DNA of 64,000 bases, taken from assembly GCA_964019335.1 (NCBI GenBank), contig OZ025697.1, positions 472,374 through 536,373 of the forward strand, read 5' to 3'. Shown in pieces: positions 1 to 12,445 of this stretch. Positions within the stretch are counted from its first letter, which is position 1; each line of letters begins with the position of its first letter. Source of the stretch: Diplonema japonicum. Lineage: Eukaryota > Protista > Euglenozoa: Diplonemea. The translations under genes were made by a program, and so were the position numbers. The notes under the pieces are model-generated. The model ran no database searches. It worked only from the letters and a program-made list of their open reading frames with translations, and was not told the origin of the DNA.

Positions 1-602
1 TCCTTTTCTTTCAGGTGTTTGGCAGCCAGCATGCACCCTGCCGCCACCACCAGGGCCAGCTGTACGGCCCACCCCTCTCTGCCCCCCAGCAGTCGGCACG
101 TCCCATGAGCACTTGTCATGAGAACCTTTCTTTTTTTTGGGGGGGGTGGAGGGAGATCCACGCCAGCCACAAAAACAATGGTATGAGGGGGGGGGGGGGG
201 GGGGGGGAAGGATCGTGACTATACAGCAACAGCTGGTGCTTTGAAGAAAAGAAAAAGAAAAAAAAAGAGGGGTGTTTCATGGCTGCTATTTCTTCAATAT
301 TTAAAAAAAAAAAAAGAAAATGGTGTAAATGGTGTGTTTTTTTTTTTTACAAGTTTTTATGGGCGTAGGCTGCGGCAACTTCTTTTGACTTTTTTTTTTT
401 TTTTTTTTCCCCTACTCTTTTTCTTTTTCCATACGGAATGCCCGTCACCTATTCTTTGAAACACGCTCGACGCCTCCATAGATCCTGCCACAGAGGGTCT
501 TGCATAGTTTGGCGTCATGTCGTTGTGGTCTAGAGGATTCTGCCCCAGTGTAGGAACATCAAGCGTTCCCCAATCCCCTGCAAGAGTGTAGGCATGTACC
601 AT
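1..602 (-). CDS. Hypothetical multi-exon protein, runs off the left edge
   Basis: Coding-like segment (MVHAYTLAGDWG...IGDGHS) ends at a GTATGG donor, and there is a further open coding-like segment at 1-125. They are separated by homopolymer-rich sequence. No recognisable family. Confidence 0.35.
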
Positions 603-844
603 GAGGGCTGTGTGAGGGAAGGGGGAATAGGGTTTTTTTCTTCTTTTTTTCCCCCCCCATGAATGTTGCCAACATAAAAAAAAAACGAAATAAAGTGAAA
701 AAAAGAGGGGTTCGTCTAAAGGGGGGGGGGGGGGGGGACACTAAACAAAAGGGAAGAGAAAAAAAAATGTGATCAAAAGACAAAAAAAAAAAAGAAAAAT
801 CATTCGGGCTAAGGGAGAAAAGAAAAAATAGGGGGGGGTATACT

Positions 845-939
845 CTACTCTGCTTGATCGGTTTCGAGATAAATAGCTTTTCCGAACTTTGCGTACAAAT
901 CAGCCTTTAGGCTTTTCATTACATCGGCTATTGCGTCCT

Positions 940-972
<33 letters not shown>

Positions 973-1333
973 TAAACCACACACCAATTCTCCATTCAGA
1001 ACACCTAATTGTTTTTCGGTTTCATCTTTCGTTTGGTTCAGCAGGGTGTCCACCTCGTCCGTGTCCATGGCGACGAAGGACTCCCCGAGTGTGAATTTTA
1101 TGTCATCCGCAATGTAGATTTCCGTCTCAGCATCATCAATGTGCTCCTTTTGTTTTTTTGTTTTTTTTTTTTTTTTTCCCCTCCCTTCAGTAATATACCA
1201 ATCGCTGGTTCAACAAGGCGACCTCCTCTTTCACTTCCAGCTCCCTCTTGTGCAGCCTCCCAAAGTTGCAAATTTTCTTCTGATCATCCCATGTCACGCT
1301 CACTACTGCTGGCTCGTTGTCCTTTGACGCCAT
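845..1333 (-). CDS. PFDN4: Prefoldin subunit 4 (3 exons; missed by the ORF track)
   Basis: Manual translation gives MASKDNEPAVVSVTWDDQKKICNFWRLHKRELEVKEE / EHIDDAETEIYIADDIKFTLGESFV / DAIADVMKSLKADLYAKFGKAIYLETDQAE*. This matches the PFDN4 hallmarks VTxEDQxKI, GxxF and LKxxLYAKFG. Confidence 0.9.
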
Positions 1334-1430
1334 TTTTTTTTTTCCTTTGGTTTTTTTTTTATATTTCCTTCTTCGAAAATAAGGGGGGGGGGGGAATGGG
1401 GCTATTTTTTTTCCTCCCTTCTCTACGCCT

Positions 1431-4400
1431 TCACTCCAACCCCATGAAGTAGCCCCCGCTCCCTTCGGGTATTGCGCTCGTTATTGTGCTGTGGTGTGTT
1501 ATGCTTTTCAGGGGGGGGGGGATGTACCTAGTCAGGACTTGCCAGTGTGGTCCTGCAAGCCTCTTTCCTACTGTCGCAAATCTAGGACAAATAGCCTTCA
1601 CAAGCCCTTGGAGGTAAGGTGGTGCTGTTGTGGAAGATGCCATGTGCGGGTAACCTGTATGTGTATGTGTATGTATGTGTTGTGTGCATACATTGTACCA
1701 GCTCTGACAGCAGTGCCGGGGCGTATGGGTCGCTGGAGGCGTGGCACACCGCTGCGAAGATAACTGCCAAGGACCATACAAGCAGCACTCCTTCTTTCTT
1801 CGTGCAACCGTCGACGAGTGCCTGCACCCACACCCACGAAGTCTCGTCTTCCACGTCACCTACCACTGCCTCTTCGAAGCATCCACACAGAACACGCGGC
1901 AGAACCACAGGCAGAAGTGAATGGTGCGAGCTAGTCAGCAGCAGTTCCTGCAGTGCCAAAGGCATGCCATGTTGCCAGTGAAGCCCCCGTAGAATGATGC
2001 ACCCCACAGCAGCTACCACTGTCTCTGACGTCTTCTGCACGGACCGCACCCTCAGCAAATGCAGCAGGTTCACCACCTGCCTGTGCGAGGCATCATTGTC
2101 CTCGCTCTTGTCCCGGCGCCCCCTTGTTGGGTACACCGCGCACAGCATCACTCCTAGCATCAGCAGCGGCCGTGCTCCCCGAAACAAGACGTTGCTGTCG
2201 TCTCTTGCTATGGAGCCCCGCCTGTTGGACTCGGGCAGCTCCGGTGCGGGCGACGACACGCTACTCAAGGCTGCTATGATCTGGCGCTGCGCGTGAGAGA
2301 GTGAGTAGTGTAACAGCATGCAGTAGGCTTGCGTGAAGACAGCTGTCACCTGACGTGAGGTGATCTTGCCCTCCTTCTCGTTGGATAGCATGTCCCACAG
2401 CGCCTCCCACGACTTCCTTGTAAACATGGTAGACTCGCACAACGACGGCGAGACCTCGATGCAGCAACTTACCATCTGCACCACAGCCATGAAGAAGCAA
2501 GACAGCCCGGCAGGCAGCGCGATGAGCAGCGAAATGTCGCCACAGACCCTGCTAGCCACGTATGGAATCACTTTCTCGAGAGAGGAGCACTTAGGGTCGA
2601 TCTTCTTGCCCTGCGCGAGCAGGGTCACGCACAGCGGGAAGGACGGTGCAGCAAACAGGTGTGCATCGGACAGGTTGATGAGCATGGTAGGGAGGTCCCT
2701 CGCCGTCCCCATCACAGTGAACAGCACAGCCACACTCTCGCAAACAATGGGTTCCACGCATGTGAGTTGCGCTGGTGTCACACAGTCCACTGCAGCAAAG
2801 CACTCCGTGAATCCGTCCCGTAACACATCTTGAGCATCCTTGTTCAAACGTGATGTCTCGCGAAGGGGCATCACGTCCTTCGGCATCTTGTCCATGAGCA
2901 GCACAAGGTGGTGCGAGATAGTCGGCACGGCAGGCATGCTGCCGATCTTGAAGAACTGAGTCGAGATGGACAACATCACGCACAGTTCTTGCAGCAACGT
3001 GAAGACCACTTCTGAACTCATCCTGTCGCATTTGGAAAGGGCAGGCACAGCCTTCAGCAGGGAATTCAGTAAACACCCGCCACCTGTGCTCAGCATCAGT
3101 GTGTGGTGCCCCGGCCTTGGGAGTTGTGTCGGCCAGTGCATATTCCTTCGAGAGTAAGCATCGTCGTGCCACCACCCACCGTAGCCACGGCACTCCGCTG
3201 GAGTCATCATGTTCGTTGCGCACACCATCTGCGTCAAGATTAAAGGGTGCTCGGAGATGTTTCTATACTTCTCTGGCGCTATGTGCTGGTGGGGCCCGTC
3301 CTTCGTGGACACCAGGCACACCATCGAGGTCGCGAGCCGCACCCCAATAGCGAAGGATTCCATCTCTTTCTCCGTGTTGGGTATTTCATCCAGCAGCGGC
3401 TGCAGAATATTCTGAGTCACGGTCGCCCCCCACGGTTTGGGGCATCCCACACCCGCGATAATTAGCTGCAGTTTCTTCGCCGCCTTCTTCAACCCTACGC
3501 CGTCTTGGATGGCCATCTCCAACTCCATCACTGTCTCTTCAAACACAAGCGTCGGTGCTGCTTTCGCGATCTCCCACCCAAGGAGGACTGCGAAGCTAGA
3601 GGTATTCGTGTCAGCTGCTTGCATTAAGATGTCGCCCGTAACCTGCAGCAGCTTGGTAAAGACTGGTGTAGAGGGCAGGGCTGCGTGTTTGTCGTACTCA
3701 AAACCTATCCCATGCGACGAGAGGAAGTAGTGGGCAGCACGCGTGACGAAGGCACGCCAAGCCACTTCCAAAGGGATGACAGCCGTCACGACCTCCGTCA
3801 CAGACGAACCAGGAGTGTTGGTTGCTTGCCGTGCTAGTGCAGTCCATTCGAAGGCTGCTTCGTTGCTGCCCATAGGGGTGGCGAGGAGGTCCACGCTCAG
3901 GTCCGGTGATTCAGACGAGTAAATAGCAGCAAATAAGGATAGCAACAGTGTGCTGACTTCCCACCGGTGCAAGTACGACTCTTCCGGGAAGCTGTCGTCG
4001 TATGCCAAGCAGAAGGATATGAGGAACAAGTGCGCATGGCGTGTCATCCCTTGATAAGAGCTCAGCTCGTTCAGGTGGTCACGTAGGAAGTAGCCAACTG
4101 CAACAAGACTCTCACGCAGCTGCGGCATGCAAGCAGCAGCCTCCTTGGTGAAGCTCTCTGTCATGCGATACACTACTATGTTCGATAGCGCCTCGAAGAT
4201 GGTGTGCATATCGGTGGCAATGCTTGCCCCGCCGTTCCCCGACACGGCAGAGGCTGCGTGTGCAAGCACCATCGGCGAGGCGCTGGTCCCCACACAGTGC
4301 AGGATGTCGGCAAGAATGGCACTCTTCTCATCATCACGACAGATGAGCGACGCCAGCGCATTGTGCACGTTGAACCTGTTAGTCGGGTCGCAGATCTCCT

Positions 4401-7400
4401 TTCGCAAATCGTATGCCTCAGAGCTTTTATCTTTCATCGTTTCAAAGAAAGCTTGTTTCTCGGTTCTGAAGTACTCCAGCACGTTAGGTCCAAAAGCGCC
4501 GTCTTGGCTGATTGAGAAGGCGAATATGACCGCTCTGTCAGAAGGGTGGATTACTTTGAGAACTGCACTGAGTGCATTGTCTACTTTTGGATGCCTACAG
4601 CCGCCCCTGACACTGTTGATGGTGTCGATGAAGGCAGTGTAGATGACATGATTCCTGTGGCATCCGAGGAACAGGCACAGCAGCATGGTAGGGGATGTGA
4701 TGGCAGCCGCCCAGTGCTTAGTCGTACACGACAGCAAGTACGCCACAGCGTCGAACAGCAGCACGACTGAGAACAGCACAGTAGAAGGTACGGGTGGTGG
4801 CTCTCGCTTTGAGATCCAGTCCTTCAGCAGCTCTTCCAGGCATGCCTCCAATGTCTTGTACACGATCGCTGATCTTGCCAACTTCGTCTCGAGCTTCTTC
4901 TTTACTAACCTTCCCATTAAGATGGCAACTCTGCTGTCTGTCGATGGCGTGATCTTCTTCAACAGCTTGCACATAGCTTCTGCTGACACCTTGGCAACGT
5001 CCAGCAACAGTAAAACCTTTAAGACCCCCGATCTATGCGGCCACCAGGCAGAGGGAGTCTCAAGGAACAAGAGAAGCTTTTCAAAAACTATGCCGTGATC
5101 GATACCTAAGCAAAGAGAGGCTGCCAAGCTGATGGGGTCGTGCGCAGCTTCAAGGGTGTCCTTCAAGGAGCAAGCGTCTGCATCTGACAGTAAAGAGCAC
5201 ACTTCGCACAGCACATCTACAGTGTCCTTTGTGCACTCGGCGCCTTTCCAGTTGCGTTGCGACCACTTCGCTAAGTAAACAACCACGTGAGCGGTACTCA
5301 ATTCGGGGAAGTTTCGTAACAGCCTCGCGCACACTCCCAGGCTATGGCTGCCACAGTACAAGTCGTCACCTGCAAGGCACGTCACAATGGTCTCAGCAGC
5401 AACGGCAGACTTCCCAGACCCCGATAGCAAAGGGACAAGTGCGTCCAGCAGCTTATACGTCTTGGACTCCACAGCCCTGTCAACGATCCCGCGGACGGCT
5501 TCTGAAATCTCACTGTTACGGTCCACCTCCTTCGCAATCACAGGCAACACCTGGTACAGCAGCCTCAACAGTGGCACTGGCGCATATAACACTCGCTGCA
5601 GCTCCTCTTGGTCATCCCGTGACCCTGACCATCCTACAAGCTGCGTTTCTGCAGCAGAAACTAGTCTCTTGGCTAATTCTTTCTGAGGGTCGAGCCTGCT
5701 GAAGTCAACTCCACGGCAGTACAGAGTGTAAAGTAGCCGCAAGGCCGCACATGGGACCGCAGGGTCCATCGATCGGAAATAAAGTTGCAACGCTTCTAAG
5801 ATTGGATTCAAGAAAAAATGCAGAGGGGCTGCCTTTTCACTACCCTTCAAAGTACGTGTTCTCCTGATGGCACCCACAGGACTGAACTCACTGGGGAGGG
5901 GTGTGTGGCGGGACATGTCGGGGTGCCCGTAAGACGTGCGGAACATGGACCGCAGCAAGTCCAACACTAATTTAGATTGCGAGTTCCGGAAGAGTGCTAC
6001 AACGCGCAGCATGGGGTCCGTCAGCGCGCACACCAACTTTTGGTCAGCACCCTCCTCGACGAGCGAGACGAGAAGAGACAGTGACACTTGGCAAAGACCA
6101 CTGAAGCCCTCCGGCAGTTCATCAGTTGCTTTCTTAGAGATCGCCTTGTGTGCCACAGCCTTCGACCCCACAATGCAGTTAACCACAGCTTCGTTCAAGT
6201 ACATTTGTGACGTGTCTGTAGTCGAGTCTAAGTTGCACGACGCAAGCTGCGAGGCTACAGCCCTCAGTATCTCCTGCGGCGACACCTGAGAGTCCGTGAT
6301 GGCCGCACGTTGCGCGATGGCTGCCGTGACAAGGCACCACTGAAGTGCCACCTGCACCAACAACGAGTGGTACGTAGATGTACTCATATGCTGAGCGGAT
6401 CCTGCGAGAAAGCCTTGCAACGTCATCAACAGCACAATGATGTGCTTCAGCTGCGGATAAGGTTGGTTTATCAGCAGTTTCATGGCCTGAAGGAGGATAG
6501 AAACAACGGAATTGCTGTGGATGGCGTGCAGGCTAGCGTATTCGCAGCCGCTGTAACCAAACGTCTTCGAAAGAGTGTGCAACACGCGCAAGTAACCAGA
6601 CAGCTTGGAGGAGAGTCTGTTCCGCCCGGCTCTTGTGCCCCCAACGATGAATGCCAACTTCGACAATGTGAACCGCATGGCCTCCGCCACATTAGCGTGG
6701 GTGGCGTCCTCACTCATAATGGTGCTTGCGTTACTGTGCCATTCCTCAGGTCTAGTTTGCGCAAAGAGGCAGGCGTCAGTAATTGTGTATCCCGACTTGG
6801 GACAGGGCACGTTCGTAGAGGCAGCTGTCCCCCAGTTGGGGGGTGCGATGGCATCGATAGACAAGATTGTCGGCACTCGCGACAGCATCGTGCACAACGA
6901 GACACCCGCCTTAGACCGCACCCTGTCATCGTTGTCGAGACACAGCACCAAGCACCACCACAGCCCTGCGTTGGCCAGCCTGGAGTCAATAGTCAGTTTC
7001 CATGGTATAACTGCACAGAGGGAGAGTAGCTCGTTCGGCACTGTCCACACACCGCCCCACCTACCGAGTTCTTTCGCCGCTGCATGGTCGCAGAGAGTGA
7101 TCCCCAGCAAGTTGTGTGCTGCCACGAAGCACTCACGCGACTTGTCCTTCAGCATAACAGGGAGCGCTATTGACAGCGCATGAAGGCAGCTCTTTTGTGT
7201 ATAAGTGCATGGCCGCTCATCGAGCTGCAGTGTCGACGCTTGCTTGCTTCTGATAAGCTTGAGCAGCAGCAGAGCTTCCCCGTGAACTCCACAACTCATA
7301 AGACCACTTATAGTTCTGCCTGTGGCCACGATGGCAGCGCTGCTCACAGCAGTGTCGTGGTGTTTCGATAGCGTAAAAAGAAGCTTGCTGCATTTGCGAA

Positions 7401-8514
7401 GTAATTCAGGTGTCTGGTTGATAGAGCACGTAAAGCCCATTTGTTGGATGCAGTACCCTACTGCTGATTCCTGTCCCTTGCCCGGCCACTCCTGCAGCCA
7501 TTCAATGAGAGATGTGAGTTGCCCTGCAGAAGAGTCCACCCATCCTGCGGTGTTCAGGATTGCGAGCATATTGTTGCTGTCCTCTACGAGAGTCAGAGCG
7601 TGTCCGTAGGCATCCAGCGCTGCAGTGAGCAAAGAAGCGTCGCCCTCTTGCGACGTGAAGCTTTCCACAGCGTGTGCGGTGATGGCATTGATGCCAGCCA
7701 GCATAGGGATGAGCGCCTCTTTTTCAACGTACGGCTGCAACGAGACTATCTTCGTCAACTCGGACAGAGTCGTGATGATGCCTTTAGCTTCTGCTGCTTC
7801 GCACCCGCTTAAGTAACGTGCCTGCAACTCAGCGGCGAATGGAGCCACCGCGCAGGGCCTGCTGTACGCCAGTATAGTTGCAGCGGCCGTGGAGCATGAT
7901 CTTCGAAGTGCGTCCTCAGGGTGCGCAAGCAATGACTTCGTTGGTGTCCACAGTCTGTTGAAGAGCGCGTCGGGGACACCGGGCAGGATGTGCGGTGCGA
8001 AGTCCTTGGCACAGCTACCTATGACAGTAAGCACCTGTGCGTGCTTTTCTTCTAACAACTCGGACAGGGGCATGACAAAGCCTTTCACTAACACGGGTTT
8101 CAGTGTGCCATCAACGAATTTGCACATTGCCGACGCGACCTCCAAAGCTGTTCTCTGCACGTGTGGGGTACCGGGCCTTAGACCTTCAAGCAGCTTCTGG
8201 AACACCGCCTTTTCACCCTGCCCTCTGTGCACCATCTGCCACGATACCAGATGCAAAGCATCCCGCACTGTGTCATACAGGGTCAGGTCACCTTCAGCGG
8301 ACGCGTTCCCGCACAGCTTGAGCAGCACTTGAATCGATCTGTGGAGGCAACGCTGTGCATCGGGTGCATCGTTCAACCCTGGTGTCGACAGGAGCTGTGC
8401 CACTCCTGTTGACAAAGATGCGACGCTGCTGGGCACAGACCCATTGCCCCCTTCAAGGCATTGATCTAGGTTGTCAAGTATCTTGTCACATGAGCTTATC
8501 TTAGAAGACCACAT
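1431..8514 (-). CDS. HTT: Huntingtin-like large HEAT-repeat protein (about 2300 aa; probable short 3' intron 1655-1691)
   Basis: Colinear blocks resemble human huntingtin: CLDNDDRVRSKAG ~ LGDEDPRVRHVAA; PILEALQLY...LRLLYTLYCRGVDFSRLD ~ PLVIKALKQY...LDLLAQLVQLRVNYCLLD; LMLGVMLCAVY ~ AALGLMLTCMY; WSLAVIFAAV...DPYAPALL ~ WSLSCFFVSA...SPWVAAIL. The ORF tail HTTHTYTYTY reads through an AC-rich GTATGC...CAG intron. Confidence 0.75.
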
Positions 8515-8588
8515 GCCTCGCCCTGTGTGGCTGGTTGCGGTACAGAATAGAGAATAGAGGACTGTACTAATCTTGTAAAAGATTCATG

Positions 8589-9002
8589 TCACGGCTCTAC
8601 TGTTATTTTTGTTTTATCGGCCTGTTCACTCTGCTGAAGTCGAGTGTGCAGTCTCTCTAAATCGTTCTTCCACCAAGTCGCGTACTCCTGCGACCACCAC
8701 TGGTCGTACTCTTGCACCCATGTCATGGTGCCCACGTAGCGTGTTCTGTATTCGAAAATAGGCTTGAAACGCTCGCCGTATTGCTGCTTCCACGTCAGTA
8801 GGACTTCTGTATGCCACCGTAGCCATGCTTCTTTTGTCTTCCTGTTCAAGTCTCTCGCCTGTATACTGGGCAGCGAAGGGGGCGGCTCTTCCGTCTCGAC
8901 AACCACAGTTGCTTTGCAGGCTTTGCTACTGACAGTGCCTCTCCCGTCACCGTTCACACCGCACCACGGCACCTCGTCCACCTGTGAACAAGACTGTCCC
9001 AT
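8589..9002 (-). CDS. Hypothetical Trp-rich small protein with possible N-myristoylation/palmitoylation motif (MGQSCS)
   Basis: 137-aa ORF on the cluster strand that fills the gap between neighbours; N-terminal MGxxCS. Confidence 0.7.
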   Translation of the reverse strand: MGQSCSQVDEVPWCGVNGDGRGTVSSKACKATVVVETEEPPPSLPSIQARDLNRKTKEAWLRWHTEVLLTWKQQYGERFKPIFEYRTRYVGTMTWVQEYDQWWSQEYATWWKNDLERLHTRLQQSEQADKTKITVEP

Positions 9003-9125
9003 TACCTAAGTGCGATAAAAGATACATGAAACGACTAATAACTGACAATAACACTGCAGCTTGAGCTGGAGTACCAGATGTTTCAAGTAAATAAAATAAC
9101 GTTTTGGATTCTGTTTGTCTTCTGC

Positions 9126-10373
9126 TCACACTACGACACGTCCGTCTCTAATAACCGAGCTCGTAGTGTGCCCTGAGATGTGCTGCAAGAGTGACTGCAT
9201 GATGGGGGGTTCACCCGGAGGCGGTGTTTGCAGTGACATGTCCGCGATGGAACCCTCCCCGATCCACCCAAGGTCAGCACGCCCAAGTGCCCGTCCTGCA
9301 TTTCTCGTAATACCGACAAGTGCTTCCTCCATGGTGAGGCCCTGCACGATGCAGGACAGGGTGGCGCACAACCACAGGTCATGCACGGGAGAAGAACCAG
9401 GATTGAGATCGGTAGCCACCGCAATGGGGATGCCGTTCTCGCGAAGCTGAGTCACGGGCGGGGAGGTATCCCTTAAGTAAACCTGTGCACCGGGTAAGAT
9501 CACGGCAACCGTGTTGTTTTCCTTCATTGCTGCGATGCCGTCGTCGTCGAGCCTCTCGAGATGGTCCACTGAAATGGCACCCATCCTGGACGCAGCCGCG
9601 GCGATGCCTGTGTGCGCCACCTGCTCAGAGTGCGCCTTGATCGCAAGACCAAGGTCCTTGCCTGCCTGGAGGATCCTGATGCCCTCTTCCAACGTAAAGG
9701 CGCCCTTGTCGCAGTACACATCTATAGCGTCGCTGTAGGGTGCCACGAGTGGCAACTGCTCATTGACCACCTGGTCTACATAAGCCGCTTTGTTGTCGCG
9801 CCACTCCTGCGGTGTAGTGTGCGCACCGAGGAAGGTAGTGATCACACGTACTGTGTCGTCGCAGGCCTTCGCGGCTTTGAGCATTTTGAGTTCGTCCTGG
9901 GGTGTGAGACCGTATCCTGACTTTATCTCCACTGTGGTAACACCCCTGCGGAGCATGCGGGCAACCCTTTGTTTGGCCGTCGCTGTAAGCTGTTCGACAG
10001 TTGCCTCGCGTGTGGCGTTCACAGTGCAGAGAATGCCACCACCGGCTTCGAGAATCTCGGTGTAGGTTGCACCAGCAAGCCTCTTGCCGAACTCTTCACT
10101 GCGCGTGCCTGCGTGTACTGTGTGTGTGTGGCAGTCTACCAACCCCGGGACACCGACCATCCCAGTGCCGTCGATCATCTTCTCGCCCTCTGGAGCAGCA
10201 TCACTCGCACCCACGTACACAACCTGCCCGTCCTTGAACGACACAGCTGCATTCTCAATCAATCCCAGGTTGCCCGCTCCTATCTTCTCGTTCATCGTGT
10301 ATAAAGACGAAATAGAATGCACTGTCACATCGGACATCATCCGTCTGCCCATCTTCGTGACCGCACCGAGCAT
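9126..10373 (-). CDS. hutI: Imidazolonepropionase (amidohydrolase, histidine catabolism)
   Basis: Motifs PGLVDCHTH, GGGILCTV, GVTTVEIKSGYGL, FLGAH, DVYCDKGAF, KAHSEQ, SVDHLE, ATDLNPGSSP. The N-terminus resembles a mitochondrial presequence. Confidence 0.95.
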   Translation of the reverse strand: MLGAVTKMGRRMMSDVTVHSISSLYTMNEKIGAGNLGLIENAAVSFKDGQVVYVGASDAAPEGEKMIDGTGMVGVPGLVDCHTHTVHAGTRSEEFGKRLAGATYTEILEAGGGILCTVNATREATVEQLTATAKQRVARMLRRGVTTVEIKSGYGLTPQDELKMLKAAKACDDTVRVITTFLGAHTTPQEWRDNKAAYVDQVVNEQLPLVAPYSDAIDVYCDKGAFTLEEGIRILQAGKDLGLAIKAHSEQVAHTGIAAAASRMGAISVDHLERLDDDGIAAMKENNTVAVILPGAQVYLRDTSPPVTQLRENGIPIAVATDLNPGSSPVHDLWLCATLSCIVQGLTMEEALVGITRNAGRALGRADLGWIGEGSIADMSLQTPPPGEPPIMQSLLQHISGHTTSSVIRDGRVVV

Positions 10374-10542
10374 TTTGCTTGCTGTTATGTAAAGTGATGT
10401 TGTTGGATATGCTTGATAATAATGTTTTGAATACGCAGTTTCTGGGAGCCAGTTAAGATGTGGTGCGTTCTTTCAACAGGCTAGAAACGCACCGTAGTAG
10501 GCACCTTGTTGTTCTCCCAGAAATGCAAAACAAACGGGAATA

Positions 10543-12360
10543 CTAAAATACTATCTGGTCGTCTGCCAGAGGGATGTATTCCTTAAGCATCTTCCTGAGG
10601 TCGATGTCCCCGTCGTGATTGAAGTAGCAGCTGAGCTTGTCGTAGGCGCCATCGTGGCCTGGGCCCAGCCTCTTGTTGATAATGTCAATGGCCTGCTCTC
10701 TGGGGAGGACATCTGTGTCTTCCGATGTCACAAGAGGGATGAAAAAAGTGAGGAACTCGCTGGGTGTGATCCACCCGTTGTTGTCGGCGTCCATGATGTT
10801 CCACACGTTCTGCAGCACGATCTTGCAGAAGTCGCCCTGTTCCTCTGCAGTCTGCAGGAATTCCTCGAAGGTGATGAGGCCGTCCTTGTCACTGTCGATC
10901 ATGTTGAAGGTGAGGTGCAGCTCCTTCATCGTGTAGTTCCACGCCGTACGCGAGAACCTCGACACCAGCGTGTCCTTCACGTCTCTGGAAGCCTCGATAT
11001 TGAGCGGCACCTCAAACCGTGCCACAGCCTCGTGCAGGGGCTTGATGTCATCCATCTTCTCTGCCGCCGCATGGTACAGCACCACCACATGGTACTGTCT
11101 ATCAAGATCTAGAGGCACTCCCTTCAAATGCGTCACCACGTTGTCTTTGATGGTGAGAGCATCGCAGGTCTGGAGGTACGCACCAGTTTCAACAGGCGGG
11201 TCCCTCATGCTGGGCTCTCTCGCGTGTGCTATGGCATCACGGATCACCTTCCCAGATAGAGAAACGCATACCAGCCTTGAATCAAAGGGGATCTCTTTGC
11301 GTAGGTCCCTGTACGTAAAATCGTGGCCTTTTGTGTATGTTGTGGACCCTCTAATGGAACCAGAGTTTATCATGCCACAGTCTGCACGGTAGGCGTCACG
11401 CATGCACGAGACGAGCACAGCGGCCAGAGAAGTGGGCCCCCTGCGCATTCCCACGCTCGTGAGCTCCTTTTGTGCCCTGAAGAGCGTGGCATGCTCGAAC
11501 TTCTCTAGCACTTTCATGTGCTGGCGTGCCACCATCTCCACTTCAGGATCCTTCCCGAAGGTATGTGACTTCACTGTCATGATATCCACCTCCGGTGCTT
11601 CACCCTCTTGCAGCGTCAAGTCAATCACGCCTATCATCTCAGCGTCCTTGCCCACTTTCAGAATAGTACTGCCATTCACCACCTCGCGGTACGCAGTGTG
11701 GTCATGCCCTCCTATTATGAGGGGGAACTTGTCCCCGAAATGCTCTGCGAACGCCCTGTCATCCTCGATGCCCTGGTGCGTCATTGGAACGATCATGTCG
11801 ACCTTGCCCTTCAGCAGCTCGTACATCTCCTCTGCCTTCTGGATGGTGGGTGTCATTGTTGCACCGTTAAAGCGGCTGCTCGGGTACAAGCTGATGTCTG
11901 GTGTCAGGAGGCCAAGCAGGGCAATCTTAAAGGCTCCGACATTGATGATCTCGAAGAGAGGCAACTTGCCGTCCACCATCCAGGGGAGATCACGCACCTT
12001 CTGCGGCAGCGGTGGGTCCATGTTGCTGCTGATCCATGTGAACTTGCTCTCACAGATTCTCTTCATCAGCTCAGCGTATGGGACATCATTCTCGTGGTTC
12101 CCAAGACACACGTAGTCAAGTGCGCAATGGTTCAGCACGTCTACCATTCCTATACCGTTGTCAAGCTTCGACAGCACGGAAGGTGCTAAGAAGTCTCCAG
12201 CCAGCACCTTGATCGTCTGTCTGTCGCGGCTCAGCTCTCTTGCGCCCGTGGCGTACGGGGCCATGTTGTCAAACTCGTAAACATCGTTCTGTTCGCGTGT
12301 CGTTGCTCATGTCCATACCAGCTGCAGGATCCTCAGCCGCGCTGCTGCTCTCTTCGTCAT
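10543..12360 (-). CDS. 5'-nucleotidase (metallophosphoesterase + 5_nucleotid_C) with C-terminal EF-hands; intron 12289-12318
   Basis: Splicing a 30-nt intron restores ILQL-NDVYEFDN. Motifs AGDFL, LGNHE, GGHDH, NSGSIRG are present. EF loops DSDKDGLITFEEF and DADNNGWITPSEF. Confidence 0.9.
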
Positions 12361-12445
12361 CTTCTGTCCTGTGTGGTTGCGGTGTCAATATGGCTACAAA
12401 GTAGACTACAACTAAACAACTAAAAAGTACTCTAGGTCGTATCGT

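Noticed and set aside
241-1452. Poly-Lys/Phe/Gly ORFs here and at 26.7-28.5, 54.4-55.5 and 59-61.7 kb
   Set aside because: They are translations of homopolymer runs and repeats.
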